A DNA stretch of 64,000 nt, from positions 35,962,001 through 36,026,000 of the forward strand of contig CM059432.1 in assembly GCA_030390025.1 (NCBI GenBank). The letters are read 5' to 3'. Made by a program: the position numbers and the translations under genes. Below, piece after piece: positions 12,401 to 24,400 of this stretch. A model generated the notes under the pieces. The model searched no databases, was not told where the DNA came from, and worked only from the letters and a program-made list of their open reading frames with translations. Each line of letters opens with the position of its first letter. Position 1 is the first letter of the stretch. This DNA is from Squalus acanthias (Eukaryota).

Positions 12401-15400
12401 ACTCTACGTGGCATCAAGCATTGGCGCATTTCTCCCTAGCAACCTTACAAGGAAGGAAAAAATGTAGCCATTTACAAAGCGCCTGTTCATGTCATTGAAA
12501 CATCTCAAATCACTTTTATTTTAATCCAATCCTGCAATGTGGGCATTGCTGGCAAGTCCAGCATTTATTGCCCATCCCTAGTTGTCCTTGAGAAGGTGGT
12601 GTTGAGCCGCCTTCTTGAACCCCTGCAGTCCGTGTGGTGAAGGAACTCCCACAATGCTGTTAGGTAGGGAGTTCCAGGATTTTGACACAAAGGCTATGAA
12701 GGAACTGTCATATAGTCCAAGTTAGGATTGTGTGTGACGTGGTGGAGAACTCGGGAGGTGATGGTGTTCCCAAGCACCCACTTCGCTTGTCATTCTTGGT
12801 GGTGGAGGTCGCGGGTTTGGGAGGTGCTGCCGAAGAAAGATTCACTTCACGCGGTGAATTGAGTGGAGTGAGTATTGTTTGGAAATGCTGCAGCACCAAA
12901 GTGTCTCAGTGAGCTAAAGTGACGTGCCTCTCGGTGGTACCGGCTGAGGGAGAAATGTTGGCCGGGAGATCTTTAACACCAGGAATCTGGGCTCAACGTT
13001 CAGTCCGAGAGGTAAAGTCTCTGACGGTGTCGAACTCCCTCGAGGCTGCACCAGGTCTTTCGGCCTAAATTGGGGCTTTACTTTGTCAGTCTGAATCCTA
13101 CTTTGTGTGCGTGCCTGTGTAAAATGAGCGGCTGCTTTACTTGTGGTTTTGAAGGCAAACTAGTGGTTTCCATTTATGAAAATAAGTCACTCTTTTTGCT
13201 TTCCTTTTCTTTTCACTAGATCATCGATGCCACTCTGAAAGGAAATTGTTCTCGCTTCATGAACCACAGCTGTGAACCCAATTGCGAAACTCAGAAGGTG
13301 AGAGAACGGAAGCGCGAAGGGACTGATGTGGCCACAACTTTCCCCGCTCTTGTTTCCACCCCCCCCCCCCCCACCCCTTCAGCCCCAAATACCCCGTCCT
13401 ACAGGGCAATGGGAGAGAAACAAACTGTCCCTCTCGCAGGTTAAAGAAGATGCATCATTTATGTATGACTCCGCTGGGTGGATTAATGGGAAAATTAACC
13501 ATGTGTCGTGGCACTGAGCCATACAGATCAAGGAAGGCCCAGGTTGGATTCTTGGTCTGTACTGAGGTAACTGTTGTCAGCTAGGACAACATTTGGGCTG
13601 CTGCTATTGGCTTCAGTACCTCTGGATGGGAGAATCAGCCAGGGTTCCAGTTCCTGATTTTTTAAAATATATTTATTCTCAGTATATGTGTGTCCCTCAT
13701 CCATGCCTTTGTCACCTCTAGACTTGACTATTCCAACGCACTCCTGGCTGGCCTCCCTCATTCCACCCTACGTAAACCTGAGGTCATCCAAAACTCGGCT
13801 GCCCGTGTCCTAACTCGCACCAAGTCCCGTTCGCCCATCACCCCTGTGCTCGCTGACCTACATTGGCTCCCGGTTAAGCAGCTCCTCGATTTCAAAATTC
13901 TCATCCTTGTTTTCAAATCTCTCCATGGCCTCGCCCCTTCCTATCGCTGTAATCTCCTTCAGCCCCCCCCCCCCCCCCGGAGATATCTGCGCTCCTCTAA
14001 TTCTGCCCTCTTGAGCATCCCTGATTATAATCGCTCAACCTTTGGTGGCCGTGCCTTCTGTTGCCTAGGCCCTAAGCTCTGGAATTCCCTGCTTAAACCT
14101 GTCCACCTCTCTTTCCTCCTTTAAGACGCTCCTTAAAATCTACCTCTTTGACCAAGCTTTTGGTCACCTGCCCTAATTTATCCTTATGTGGCTCGGTGTC
14201 AAATTTTTTGTCTTAAAATACTCCTGTGCAGCGCCTTGGGACGTTTTACTACGTTAAAGGCGCTATATAAATACAAGTTGCTGTCACTGACAAAACGGCC
14301 ATTTATTGCCCATCCCTAGTTGCCCTCGAGAAGGTGGTGGTTGACTTTCTTCTTGAACTGCTGCAGTCCGTGTGGTGAAGGTACTCCCACAGTGCTGTTG
14401 GGTAGGGAGTTCCAGGATTTTCACCCAGTGAAGATGAAGGAACTATGATAATATGTGGAAGTCAGGCTGGTGTGAGACTCCAAGGGGGACTTGGAGGTGA
14501 TAGTGTGCCTGTGCACCTGCTGCCCTTTTCCATTTTTTGTTAATTTTCTTTTTTCCTGATGATGTTGGGAGCCCCAACAATCTCTCTCACAAGTGGTCAT
14601 TTTTCTTGTGTGAGCCAAGGCTTTAGCTGTCAGTAGGCTATTCTGCTGTGGAAGACAGCACAGCTGAGCACTATTGAGTTCTCACCAGTTGTCTTTACAC
14701 TTTCACCAATATTTAACCCCCAACCAACATCGCTAAAACGGATTATCACATTGCTGTTTGTGGGAGCTTGCTGTGCGCAAATTGGCTGCCGCGTTTCCTA
14801 CATTACAACAGTGACTGCACTTCAAAAGTACTTGATTGGCTGTAAAGCACTTTGGGACGTCCTGAGGTTGTGAGAGGCTCTATATAAATGCAAGTCGTTC
14901 TTTTTGTCTGTCTTATTTTCTAGCAAGCTTCATTTTCCAGGAGTCGGAACCCTGGCCAATTCCCCCCCCCCCCCCCCCCCCCCCCCCTCCTCCCCCTCCT
15001 CCTCCCTCCTCCCCCTCCTCCTCCCTCCTCCCCCTCCTCCTCCCTCAGTGCAGACTAGGAATTGAACCTGGGACCTTCTGGTCCTGTGTTGCCCAATACG
15101 TTCACCACTAGTCACGTGTCTAATTGGGAATCCAGATGTAGCTGACGGTGATTAGTCATTTAAAAATGAGTAATAGACATAGTCGTTGGGCATGTGACCT
15201 CAATACTCATATTTGCATGGCATATGCATGTAAACTTTTACCCTTTTGTGTGTTTGATGGAAAAATGATAAGACAGAAAGCATAAGTGTGCAAGTGTTTT
15301 ACTTCCTTGGTTACTGAATGCTAGTTGATGTTTGTTAAGTAAATATATACATGTGCCGTACATTTACCTGTTTTGTGTGTGAGGTGTTTTCTACTAAAAT

Positions 15401-18400
15401 CAGTGCATGTGGCTACAGTAGTGTCGCTGTGGCTAGTTAGTGATTTCTATTGGACAGCACTGTTCTAGTCCACAGTGACTGGACCCACGGAGCCATCGGC
15501 TGGGCTGGGGAGGCCTTTCTTAAACTGCTCGTGCGCCTCATTGAGATGAGCGCCAGGTCTGGTGCTGCTGGACTTTAGAATGTATCGGAGAGGCAGCAGG
15601 CCCGAGCCTTCACTGGAGTACAGTGCACTCCTTGTAACCCAGGCCTGTTGGGAGCCAAGCGAAAGTGAGTTAGGAGGAATTGTGGGATAAAGGAACGCTG
15701 AAATATTCTTGCCCTCCCCCGCTCCACCCCGTCCTTAAAGTCAGATGAATATTAGCTACAAAAAAACAGATGTCATCCCAACATGTGCTAATGTTGAGTC
15801 GCGAGTTAGTTGGTCATCTTTTAAAAGAAAGACCTTGCGTTTATATAGCGCCTTTCACGTCCTCGAGACGTCCCAAAGCGCTTTACAGCCAATGAATTAC
15901 TTTTGAAATGTAGTCACTGTTATAATGTAGGGAAATGTGGAAGCCAATTTGCGCACAGCCAGGTCCCAGAAACTGAGATAGATGACCAGATCATCGTTTT
16001 TGATGGTGTTGGTTAAGGGATAAATGTTGTTCAGGAAACTGGGGGAACTCCCCTGCTCTTGGGACAGTATCATGGGATCTTTTATGTCCACCTGAGAGGG
16101 CAGACGGGGGCCTCAGTTTAACGACTCATCCGAAAGACGGCACCTCCGACAGTGCAGCACCCCCTCAGTACTGCACTGAAGTGTTAGCCAAGACTATGAG
16201 CTCAAATCTCTGGAGTGAGGCTTGAACCCACGACCTCCTGACTCAGAAGTGAGAGTGCTACCACTGAGCCAAACTGACAGCCTTGTCCTGTAAGCGTGTA
16301 CTTTATTGTATCTGTATGTAAAAGTCTGCTGAATTTATTTTTCCTGACATCTGTGTTCTTTCTAGTGGACGGTAAACGGGCAACTAAGGGTCGGATTCTT
16401 CACAACTAAGACGGTTCCGGCTGGGGCGGAGCTGACCTTCGATTACCAGTTTCAGAGATATGGGTAAGAGCCGTTGAGCAGGTTGTTTGCACTGCTGAAG
16501 TGCCTCTGTTTTTACTCCACTTGTACAGTAGTCCTTAACGCTGTCTATTGCATCAAAGACTTAGATGTAAATCACACTCAGTATAACACCACTGGCGTAC
16601 CGTGGCTGTGGTGCGTACTATCCACAGGATGCACTGCAGCAACTCACCAAGGCTTCTTTGGCAGCATCTCCCAAACCTGTTACCTCCACCATCTAGAAGG
16701 GCAAGGGCAGCAGGTGCATGGGAACGCCATCACGTCCAAGTCTCTCACACACCATCTTGACTTAGACACATATCACCATTCCTTCATCGACACCGGGTCA
16801 AAATCCTGGAACAGCACGGGCCGACGAGAGCTCCAAATGTACCGTGAATGTGACATTGGGAAGATGGCTGCATTGAGGGGCTGTGCCGTTGAGTTTAGCG
16901 GTTATGTGACTGGACTAGAAATCTAGAGAACCGGGAGTTCAAATCCCATCATGGCAGTTTGAGAATTTGAATTCTGGTTTTTTTTAAAAAAAAACATCTG
17001 GAAATAAAAAGCTGGTCTCAGTAAAAGTGACCATGAAGTTGTCGGATTGTCGTAAAAGCCCAACTGGTTCACTAATGTCCTTCAGGGAAGGGACCCTGCC
17101 GTCCTTACCCGGTCTGGCCTATATGTGACTCCAGTCCCACACCAACGTAGCTGACTCTTAACTGCCTTGTGTAGTGGTCTAGGAAGTCACTCAGTTGTAT
17201 CAAACTGCTACCAGCGGGGGGGTCCTACAGTTACACCCCTGGGCTACTCTATCCGATAGTTACATACTGGTTAGTGTGGGCACACTCCTCCAACATAAGA
17301 CGATCCGATCACTTCACTGCGTTGTACCCAGGTGACTATCTGTAGTTAGACCCGAAGCTTATAACAGCTACTCATGGATGATTTTTTTTATCTCCCTTGA
17401 CTGCAGCAAGGAGGCTCAGAAATGTTTCTGTGGATCGGCAAATTGCCGCGGGTACCTGGGCGGTGAAAACCGGGTCAGCATCCGGGCTGCCGGAGGGAAG
17501 GTTAAATTAAAGGACAAGGATCGGTCCCGGAAGAAAGACTCTGTGAGTATAGCTTTAACCCTGCCCGTGACGCGACTTTTACCATCTGAGTTGCAGCTTC
17601 CTTTTCTCTCCCACTCTCCCGGTTTTCTCCCCATCTCTCCTGAAGTTGCCGACTCATGACAAAGCCCAGGGGTCCGAGTTCCACGGGGACCAGACACCCT
17701 CTAGTGCCTTACACGAGTGGAAATTTATTTTACGTGATCCTAGATGGTATGTGTGAGTCGTCTCTCCGACCATAGTCGAGGCATCGCACCCTTGGTACGG
17801 TGGTGTGGTGGTTATCTTGCTGCACTAGTAATCTAGAGAACTGGAGTTCAGATCCCACCATAGCAGTTTGAATTCAGTTTTATAAATCTAGAAATAAATC
17901 TGCTGCTAAGTATAGCAGCCCTAATGTTATTCTGGCTGTGATCAGTTAACTCGGTACAGACTGATCTGGGCCTTCCCTGGCCTGTGCAGCTCAGTGCCAT
18001 ACCACATGGTTCCTTTGCCCTTTAACCCACCCAGGGGAGCCACACAAGTAATGCGCCGTCTTTAACTTCCCATCGTCCTCCTGTGGTGCCACAGCATACG
18101 CGGTCCCTTTTAACTGGCATGAGTGCTCGGGAGGTTCAGGAGGGGGATGGACTCGGACACTACCCTCTGTCACAGGGTGTGGTATGAGTCGAGCCAAGTG
18201 GTCAAGCTCCTCTTTCCTCTCAATTGTCAGGTGGATGAAGAACTGGAGGCCTTCCTGGAGAACGGCGATGGACTGTGCGACTCGGACCACGTGCTCAGTT
18301 TAACCCGGCTGATGGTCCGGATAGAGACAATGGAGCAGAAACTGACCTGCCTCAAGATTATACAGGTAACGAGAAGAAGAGCTTGGAGTAGTGGGGTGGG

Positions 18401-21400
18401 GGGGGTGGGAGAGCAGCATTGTAACCCAAGTAAAACCTTAAGCTTGAAGTCAGTCCAGGGAGGATTACTAGCTGCCAGTACTGTGTGATGGCGATTAGGT
18501 ATGAGTCTGTATCTTTGTACTGCTTTGACTCATTGGTAAATCGGTCATAGTCTGGTCACTCAAATCTTACTGGCGTTTACTTCTCCAAAAGTGAAGTGAT
18601 GTCTCGGGTACAGTAGTGTAGCAGTTATGTTACTGGACTAGTAATTCAGAGAACGCAAGTTCAAATCCCACTGTAGCAGTTTGAGAATTGAATTCAGATT
18701 TTTTTTAAATCTGGAAATAGAAAGCTGGTATCAGTAAAAGTGACCATGAATCTGTTGGATTGTTGTAAAAACCCAAATGGTTCACTAATGTCCTTTAGGG
18801 AAGGAAACTTGCCGTCCTTACCCGGTCTGGCTTATATGTGACTCCAGTCCCCACGCCAGCATGGTTGACTCTTAACTAGCAAGTCAGTTAGTTATATCAA
18901 ACTGCTACTACTGGTTCTAGAACACCTGGAACTCCCTAGCTAACAGCATTGTGGGAGCACCCTCACCACACGGACTGCAGTGGTTCAAGAAGAAAGCCCA
19001 GCAACACCTTCTCCGGGCAACTAGGGACGAGCAATAAATGCTGGCTTTGCCAACGATGCCCACATCCCGAGAATCAATTGGGCGGGAAAGGTCAACACCA
19101 CTGAGAAAAGATTGGCGGAGTGAAGGGGGTTTTTTTTAAACCAAAATGTTAACCTATGTATTTATTTTTCAGAACACTCACTCACAGAGTTGCTTGAAGT
19201 CCTTTCTGGAGTATCATGGCCTGTCCCTGCTTTGGATCTGGATGACCGAGCTTGGTGATAGCCGGGGGAACTCCAGCAACAATATTAAGCTTCAGACCGA
19301 AGTAAGTTGAGCTAAGGATTCGTCCATTCCCACAGGAAATGTTGGGAGTGAAGTCTGTTGGATCTGGGTGCATGAGTGGAAAGCTGCAATGCTTGCCTTC
19401 CACCAGCAGAGAGAGCTCTAACATTAACATGAGGCACTTAAAATGGCACACAGAGTAGTTGATTGTCCACACAGCTCATGTCAGCGGGATTTCAAAACTT
19501 TTTTTGTGTGGCTTTTGTGCTCATCCAGGTGAACGATGTTAGTGCTGGAAAATTGCACTCATTGTCAGCATTGAGCACTCATTGTTTTTGTATCTTCACG
19601 CTCTTCCCTTGGAATGGAAGGGTTCGCAGGCTGGTCAACAGTCTAGCAGGACGCAACGTGAGCACTCCTTCCATGGCCATAACTATCTTTAGACCAGCCG
19701 ATAGGGTGTTTAGTCCTATACAGCGGGAGGGTTTTATGGGCTCCCACAGCCCATACGATGGGGGTGGGGGGCACCAACATTCACCAGACACGAGTATCCC
19801 ACTGGATGTCAACCCAGAATTCCGAGCCAGACCTCCGGTCTCAGATTACCTGGATTGTCTGGAGCAGGGATCGAACCCTGCACTTTCTGACTTGGAGGCG
19901 GCTAAAGGCTCACTCCAGTACGGATGCAGAGTAAAACTCAATCTACTCTGCCCCATCAAACACCTGGGAGTAAAAACAGAAAATGCTGGAAATACTCAGC
20001 AGGTCAGGCAGCCTTTGTAGAGAGAGAAACCGAGTTAACGTTTCAGGTCGATGACCCTTCATCAGAGCTCTGACTAAAGGTCATCGACCTGAAACGTTAA
20101 CTTTGTTTCTCTCTCCACAGATGCTGCCTGACCTGCTGAGTATTTCCAGCATTTTCTGTTTTTATTTCAGATTTCCAGCATCTGCAATATTTTGATTTTT
20201 GAAACACCTGGGAGTGTTTGATAGAACAGTGTAGAGGGAGCTTTACTCTAACCCGTGCTGTACCTCTCCTGGAGTATTTGATGGAGCATTGTAGAGGGAG
20301 CTTTACTCTGTATCTAATCAATGCTGTACTTCCCCAGGGGGTATACGAGACGGTGTTGAGCAGGTTTTTGAAAGTGGTAAAGTGGAGGGATCTGGGCTCG
20401 GAGCGGACAGATACTGTTGTGCGTTTTCTACTTTTATCACAGAGCAAGTGTTCTCCCACTTGGTAAACTCCACCTCACACTTACTTCAGCAGTTAGAATC
20501 ATAAAGGAGTCATAGAATCTTACAGCACAGGAGGAGGCCATTCCGCCCGTCGTGCCTGTGCCGGCTCTTTGAAAGCGCTGTCCAATTTAGTCTCACACTC
20601 CAGCCTTTTCCCCATAACCCTGCAAATTAGTCCACTTCAAGTACATTTCCAATTTCCTTTTTGAAAGTTCCTGATTCCACCACCCTTTCAGGCAGTGCGT
20701 TCCAGACCTTAACAACCCTCTGTGTGGAAAATTTCTCCTCATTTCCCCGCTAGTTATTTTAAATCTATGACCTCTGGTTACCGACCCGCTTGCCAGAGGA
20801 AACAGTTTCTCCCTACTTGCTCTATCAAAACCCCTCATAACTTTGAATAAAATTACATAGAATATACAGCACAGAAACAGGCCATTTGGCCCAACCAGTC
20901 TATGCCGCAGTTTATGCTCCACTCGAGCCATAGAACACCTCTATTAGGTTCTCCCTTTAACCTTCTCTGTTCCAAGGAGAACAATCCCAGCTTCTCCAAA
21001 TAACTGAAGTCCCTCATCCCTGGTATCATCCTGGTAAACCTCCTCTGTACCCTCTCCAAGGCCTTGACATCCTTCATAAAGTGTGGTAACCAGTTGGAGA
21101 GGGAGGGAGGTACCAAGTAAGGGTGAGTGAACTGCTGTCTTTCTCTGTCCTAGCTCAGCAGTGCTATCGATTGGGAAAGAAATTGCCCTTGATTGGGAAT
21201 TGGTTGAGTCCTCGGGGGAGGGAGATGTTTTACTGCAATGCTTGGGTGTAGGGCCCAGGGTCCACGGTGCAGGGCCTCCACTAACGTTGGAACGAGTAGG
21301 GGAGAAGATGAAGCAAATAAAGCGAAGCTTGGGTTTTAAAAGGGAAGACTGAGATTGCTAAGGATTTCTACCCTTTTCCGCTCGTGCTTCTCTATCCAAC

Positions 21401-24400
21401 ACCGTGAAGATTAAGGGAGTTGGAATGAGGGAGCAGCCCTGACTAGAGTTCATGATGTGGAGATGCCGGCGTTGGACTGGGGTGGACAAAAATGAGAAGT
21501 CGCACAACACCAGGTTATAGTCCAACAGATTTATTTAATTTTACAAGCTTTCGGAGCTGTCGCTCCTTCGTCAGGTAAGTTAGCAATGAGAGAATCTCCC
21601 AGAATTCACAATTTAAACACAGACAAAATCTATTCAAATATTTCCCTACATCAAAGACACACTAAGAGCACAGCCAAGACAATGAGATGTGTCCCAGGGG
21701 GTCCAACGTGTCAAACCACCTGCTGGCTGCATATCCTGTCGATTTGTGTTGGTTCTTGTGTTAGTCTTTTTAAAAAAAAAACACCTGGGAAGACCGGCCA
21801 TGATGTCAAGTCACGTTCTGTATCGTGACATGAACCCGATATCGCGATTTTGTCTGTGTTTAAATTGTGAATTCTGGGAGATTCTCTCACTGCTAACTTA
21901 CCTGAGGAAGGAGCGACAGCTCCGAAAGCTTGTAAAATTAAATAAATCTGTTGGACTATAACCTGGTGTTGTGCGACTTCTCATTTCTGACTAGAGTTGT
22001 TGACCATTTGTCTTCACAGATCATGAAGACCCTGGAGCTGTTACCAATCCCCACGAAGAACATGTTAGAGGAAAGCAAGCTCCTGCCCATCATTCAACGT
22101 TGGGCCCAAACCAAGGCATCGGCTCCCCAGGGCAGCGAGGCAGACGGTTATTCAAGTGAAAACACCTCCCGTGCACAAACACCACTGAACACGCAGGATC
22201 CCACGCTGAAGCAGAGCGCCGAGGCCGATAGCGACACCCCCAAAAAACTGGTGATGCGGAGGCTGAAGATCATGAGCGAGAACAGCATGGACAGCGGACT
22301 GTCGGACACGAGCAAAGCCTCAGATGGGGAGATTGAAGTCAAAGAAGTGAAGGACGAGGTCGTCACAGTCGTGGAACCGTCGCCGTGTCTCCCGCCAGAC
22401 GAGGAAGAGCTGCCGGGCGAGGTGGCGGCCGACGACGGGGAGGCCCAAGAGACAGATCCCGCCTCAAAAACAACCAACGGGACCAAGCTGGACGAGGGGA
22501 CCTTGGTGGAAACGCCGTCGCAGGACGAAGAGGAAGGCGTGTCCGATGCGGAGAGCGAGCGAAGCCAGGAGCAGCCCTGCAAAATCGAAGATGTGAGCGA
22601 GCTGGCGACAAAGCTCCTTGATGTCTGGAAGGACCTGAAGGTGGGTGTTGGCACTTGAAGGGGAGTAAAGTCAAAACTAATCTGCGGAAACAATAGGGAG
22701 ATGGTGGAAGCAGTTGGTATTGATTCAATCAAATGCAAGTTAGGTAGATTGCTTTCAGAAAATAATATTTTGGGATACAGTATATCAGTAATTTGGGGTA
22801 TAACGTTTGGTAAGTGTAGCGTGCTTGGGAGGAACAGGTGGCTTTGAACCTGTGGATCCCAAAGTTCTCCACCACTGGGGATTTTCCTCACCTCATGTCT
22901 GGGTCTGTTGTTTGTAAACTGATTGACGGAGATTGATCGCTATGATTAGTCAACAATTCCATTACTGTTGCATCATGCGATTACCAGGATGGTAGATGGC
23001 GAGCTAGATGGGCCATGGTCTTTTTTTGTCTAGCAGTTCCTATGTTCCTCTTGGTGAGTGCCCTGTAGGGAAAAGAGGGACTTTTTTCCCCCCATAAAGT
23101 GGTCCTCAGTGATGAAAATCATTGATGCACTGCACGATATAATTCAAGAATAACTAGTAGATCTCGCGTGCATTGCTCAGCGTGGGTTAGGGGATGTCGT
23201 GGGGCCACAGCGCTGCTTACTGGCCCCAGTCTGCAACTGCAGCATCACAGGGCCCTGTTTACATACCGATCCCCACAAAGAACCTGCTGAGAGAACCCTT
23301 TATTCAGCGTTGGGCCCAAGGCTACAAGTGCGTTGGTAAGTGATTTCCACTGACAACAGGAAGTGAAGTTTGTGGATAGGAAATGCATGCATAACACAAG
23401 ATTTATTGGATCATTTATAGATTATAAAGTGCATCATTCTGGTCATTAGGCTTATTCTATTCAGCATCAGGTGGAAAACCATCTGTTTTAAAGGTAGGGC
23501 TCCTGATGGCTCAGTGGATGAAGGCCCTGCCCAATAAAGTACTGAGCCAGGCACACCAGAAGGCCCAGGTTTGATCCATGGTCTGGGCTGAGTTAACTGA
23601 TTTCAGCTGAGGGTGGTAGCTGGCATGCTACAATTGGCCTCGATTCAGCTGGACAAGAGAGGGCACAAAAACCAGCCAGGGCTCCTGCTCCCCATCATTA
23701 TCCTGTGCTGTCCAGTGCATTTGTGCGGGCAAAAGGTGAAGTCGGGGTCAGGCTCAGTTGTGATGCCCCCCCATGGTTGCAGAGTCTGCTAACATTGTCT
23801 CTTTCTAGGCCAGTTGGGGTTAGGTACGGAAGAGCTTGTCCGCTCCTGGAGCCATGCGCAGCAGGAGTGAGCAGAGAGAGGGGTAGAGAATGGAGAATGT
23901 GATGAATGTCCCATGTAGTGGGTGAGGTGTTTACACCACTTGGTCTTCTCCTTCCCTGGTCAAGGATTTAGCTTTAAGCCTGTCAAATATTCCGAGTAAG
24001 ATTTGGTCAGAAGGTTGTGGGGTCGAATCCCATTGAGGTTTGAGCTCACAGTCTAAATTAACACTCCAATACTGAGGGAGTGCTGCATTGCCACTCAGTC
24101 TAGATTAACACTCCAATACTGAGGGAGTGCTGCATTGCCACTCACAGTCTAGATTAACACTCCAATACTGAGGGAGTGCTACAGGCGCCGTTCTTTAAAT
24201 GAGACGATAAATTGAGGTCTTGTCTGCCTGTTCAGGTGGATGCTAACGATCCCATGGCACTAATTTGAAGAAGAGTAGGGGAGTTATCCCAGTGTCCTAG
24301 CCAACATTTATCCCTCAACTAAAAATATATCAAGTGATCCTTTGCCTCCGTGCTGTCTGTGGGACCTTGCTCCACACAAAATGGCTGCCACATTTCCCGA

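Larger units (their letters stand above)
21451..21986. mobile_element. Penelope-derived element with 141-bp inverted repeats (second pseudo-LTR family)
   Basis: Arms 21490-21630 and 21846-21986 are near-perfect reverse complements; 12-bp TSD ctgactagagtt at 21439-21450 and 21987-21998. Confidence 0.85.

Noticed and set aside
10020..12430. Local duplications (10021 vs 10660; about 10697-10790 vs 12337-12428)
   Set aside because: Probably fragments of an unrecognised dispersed repeat; no ORF, TIR or structure to support more
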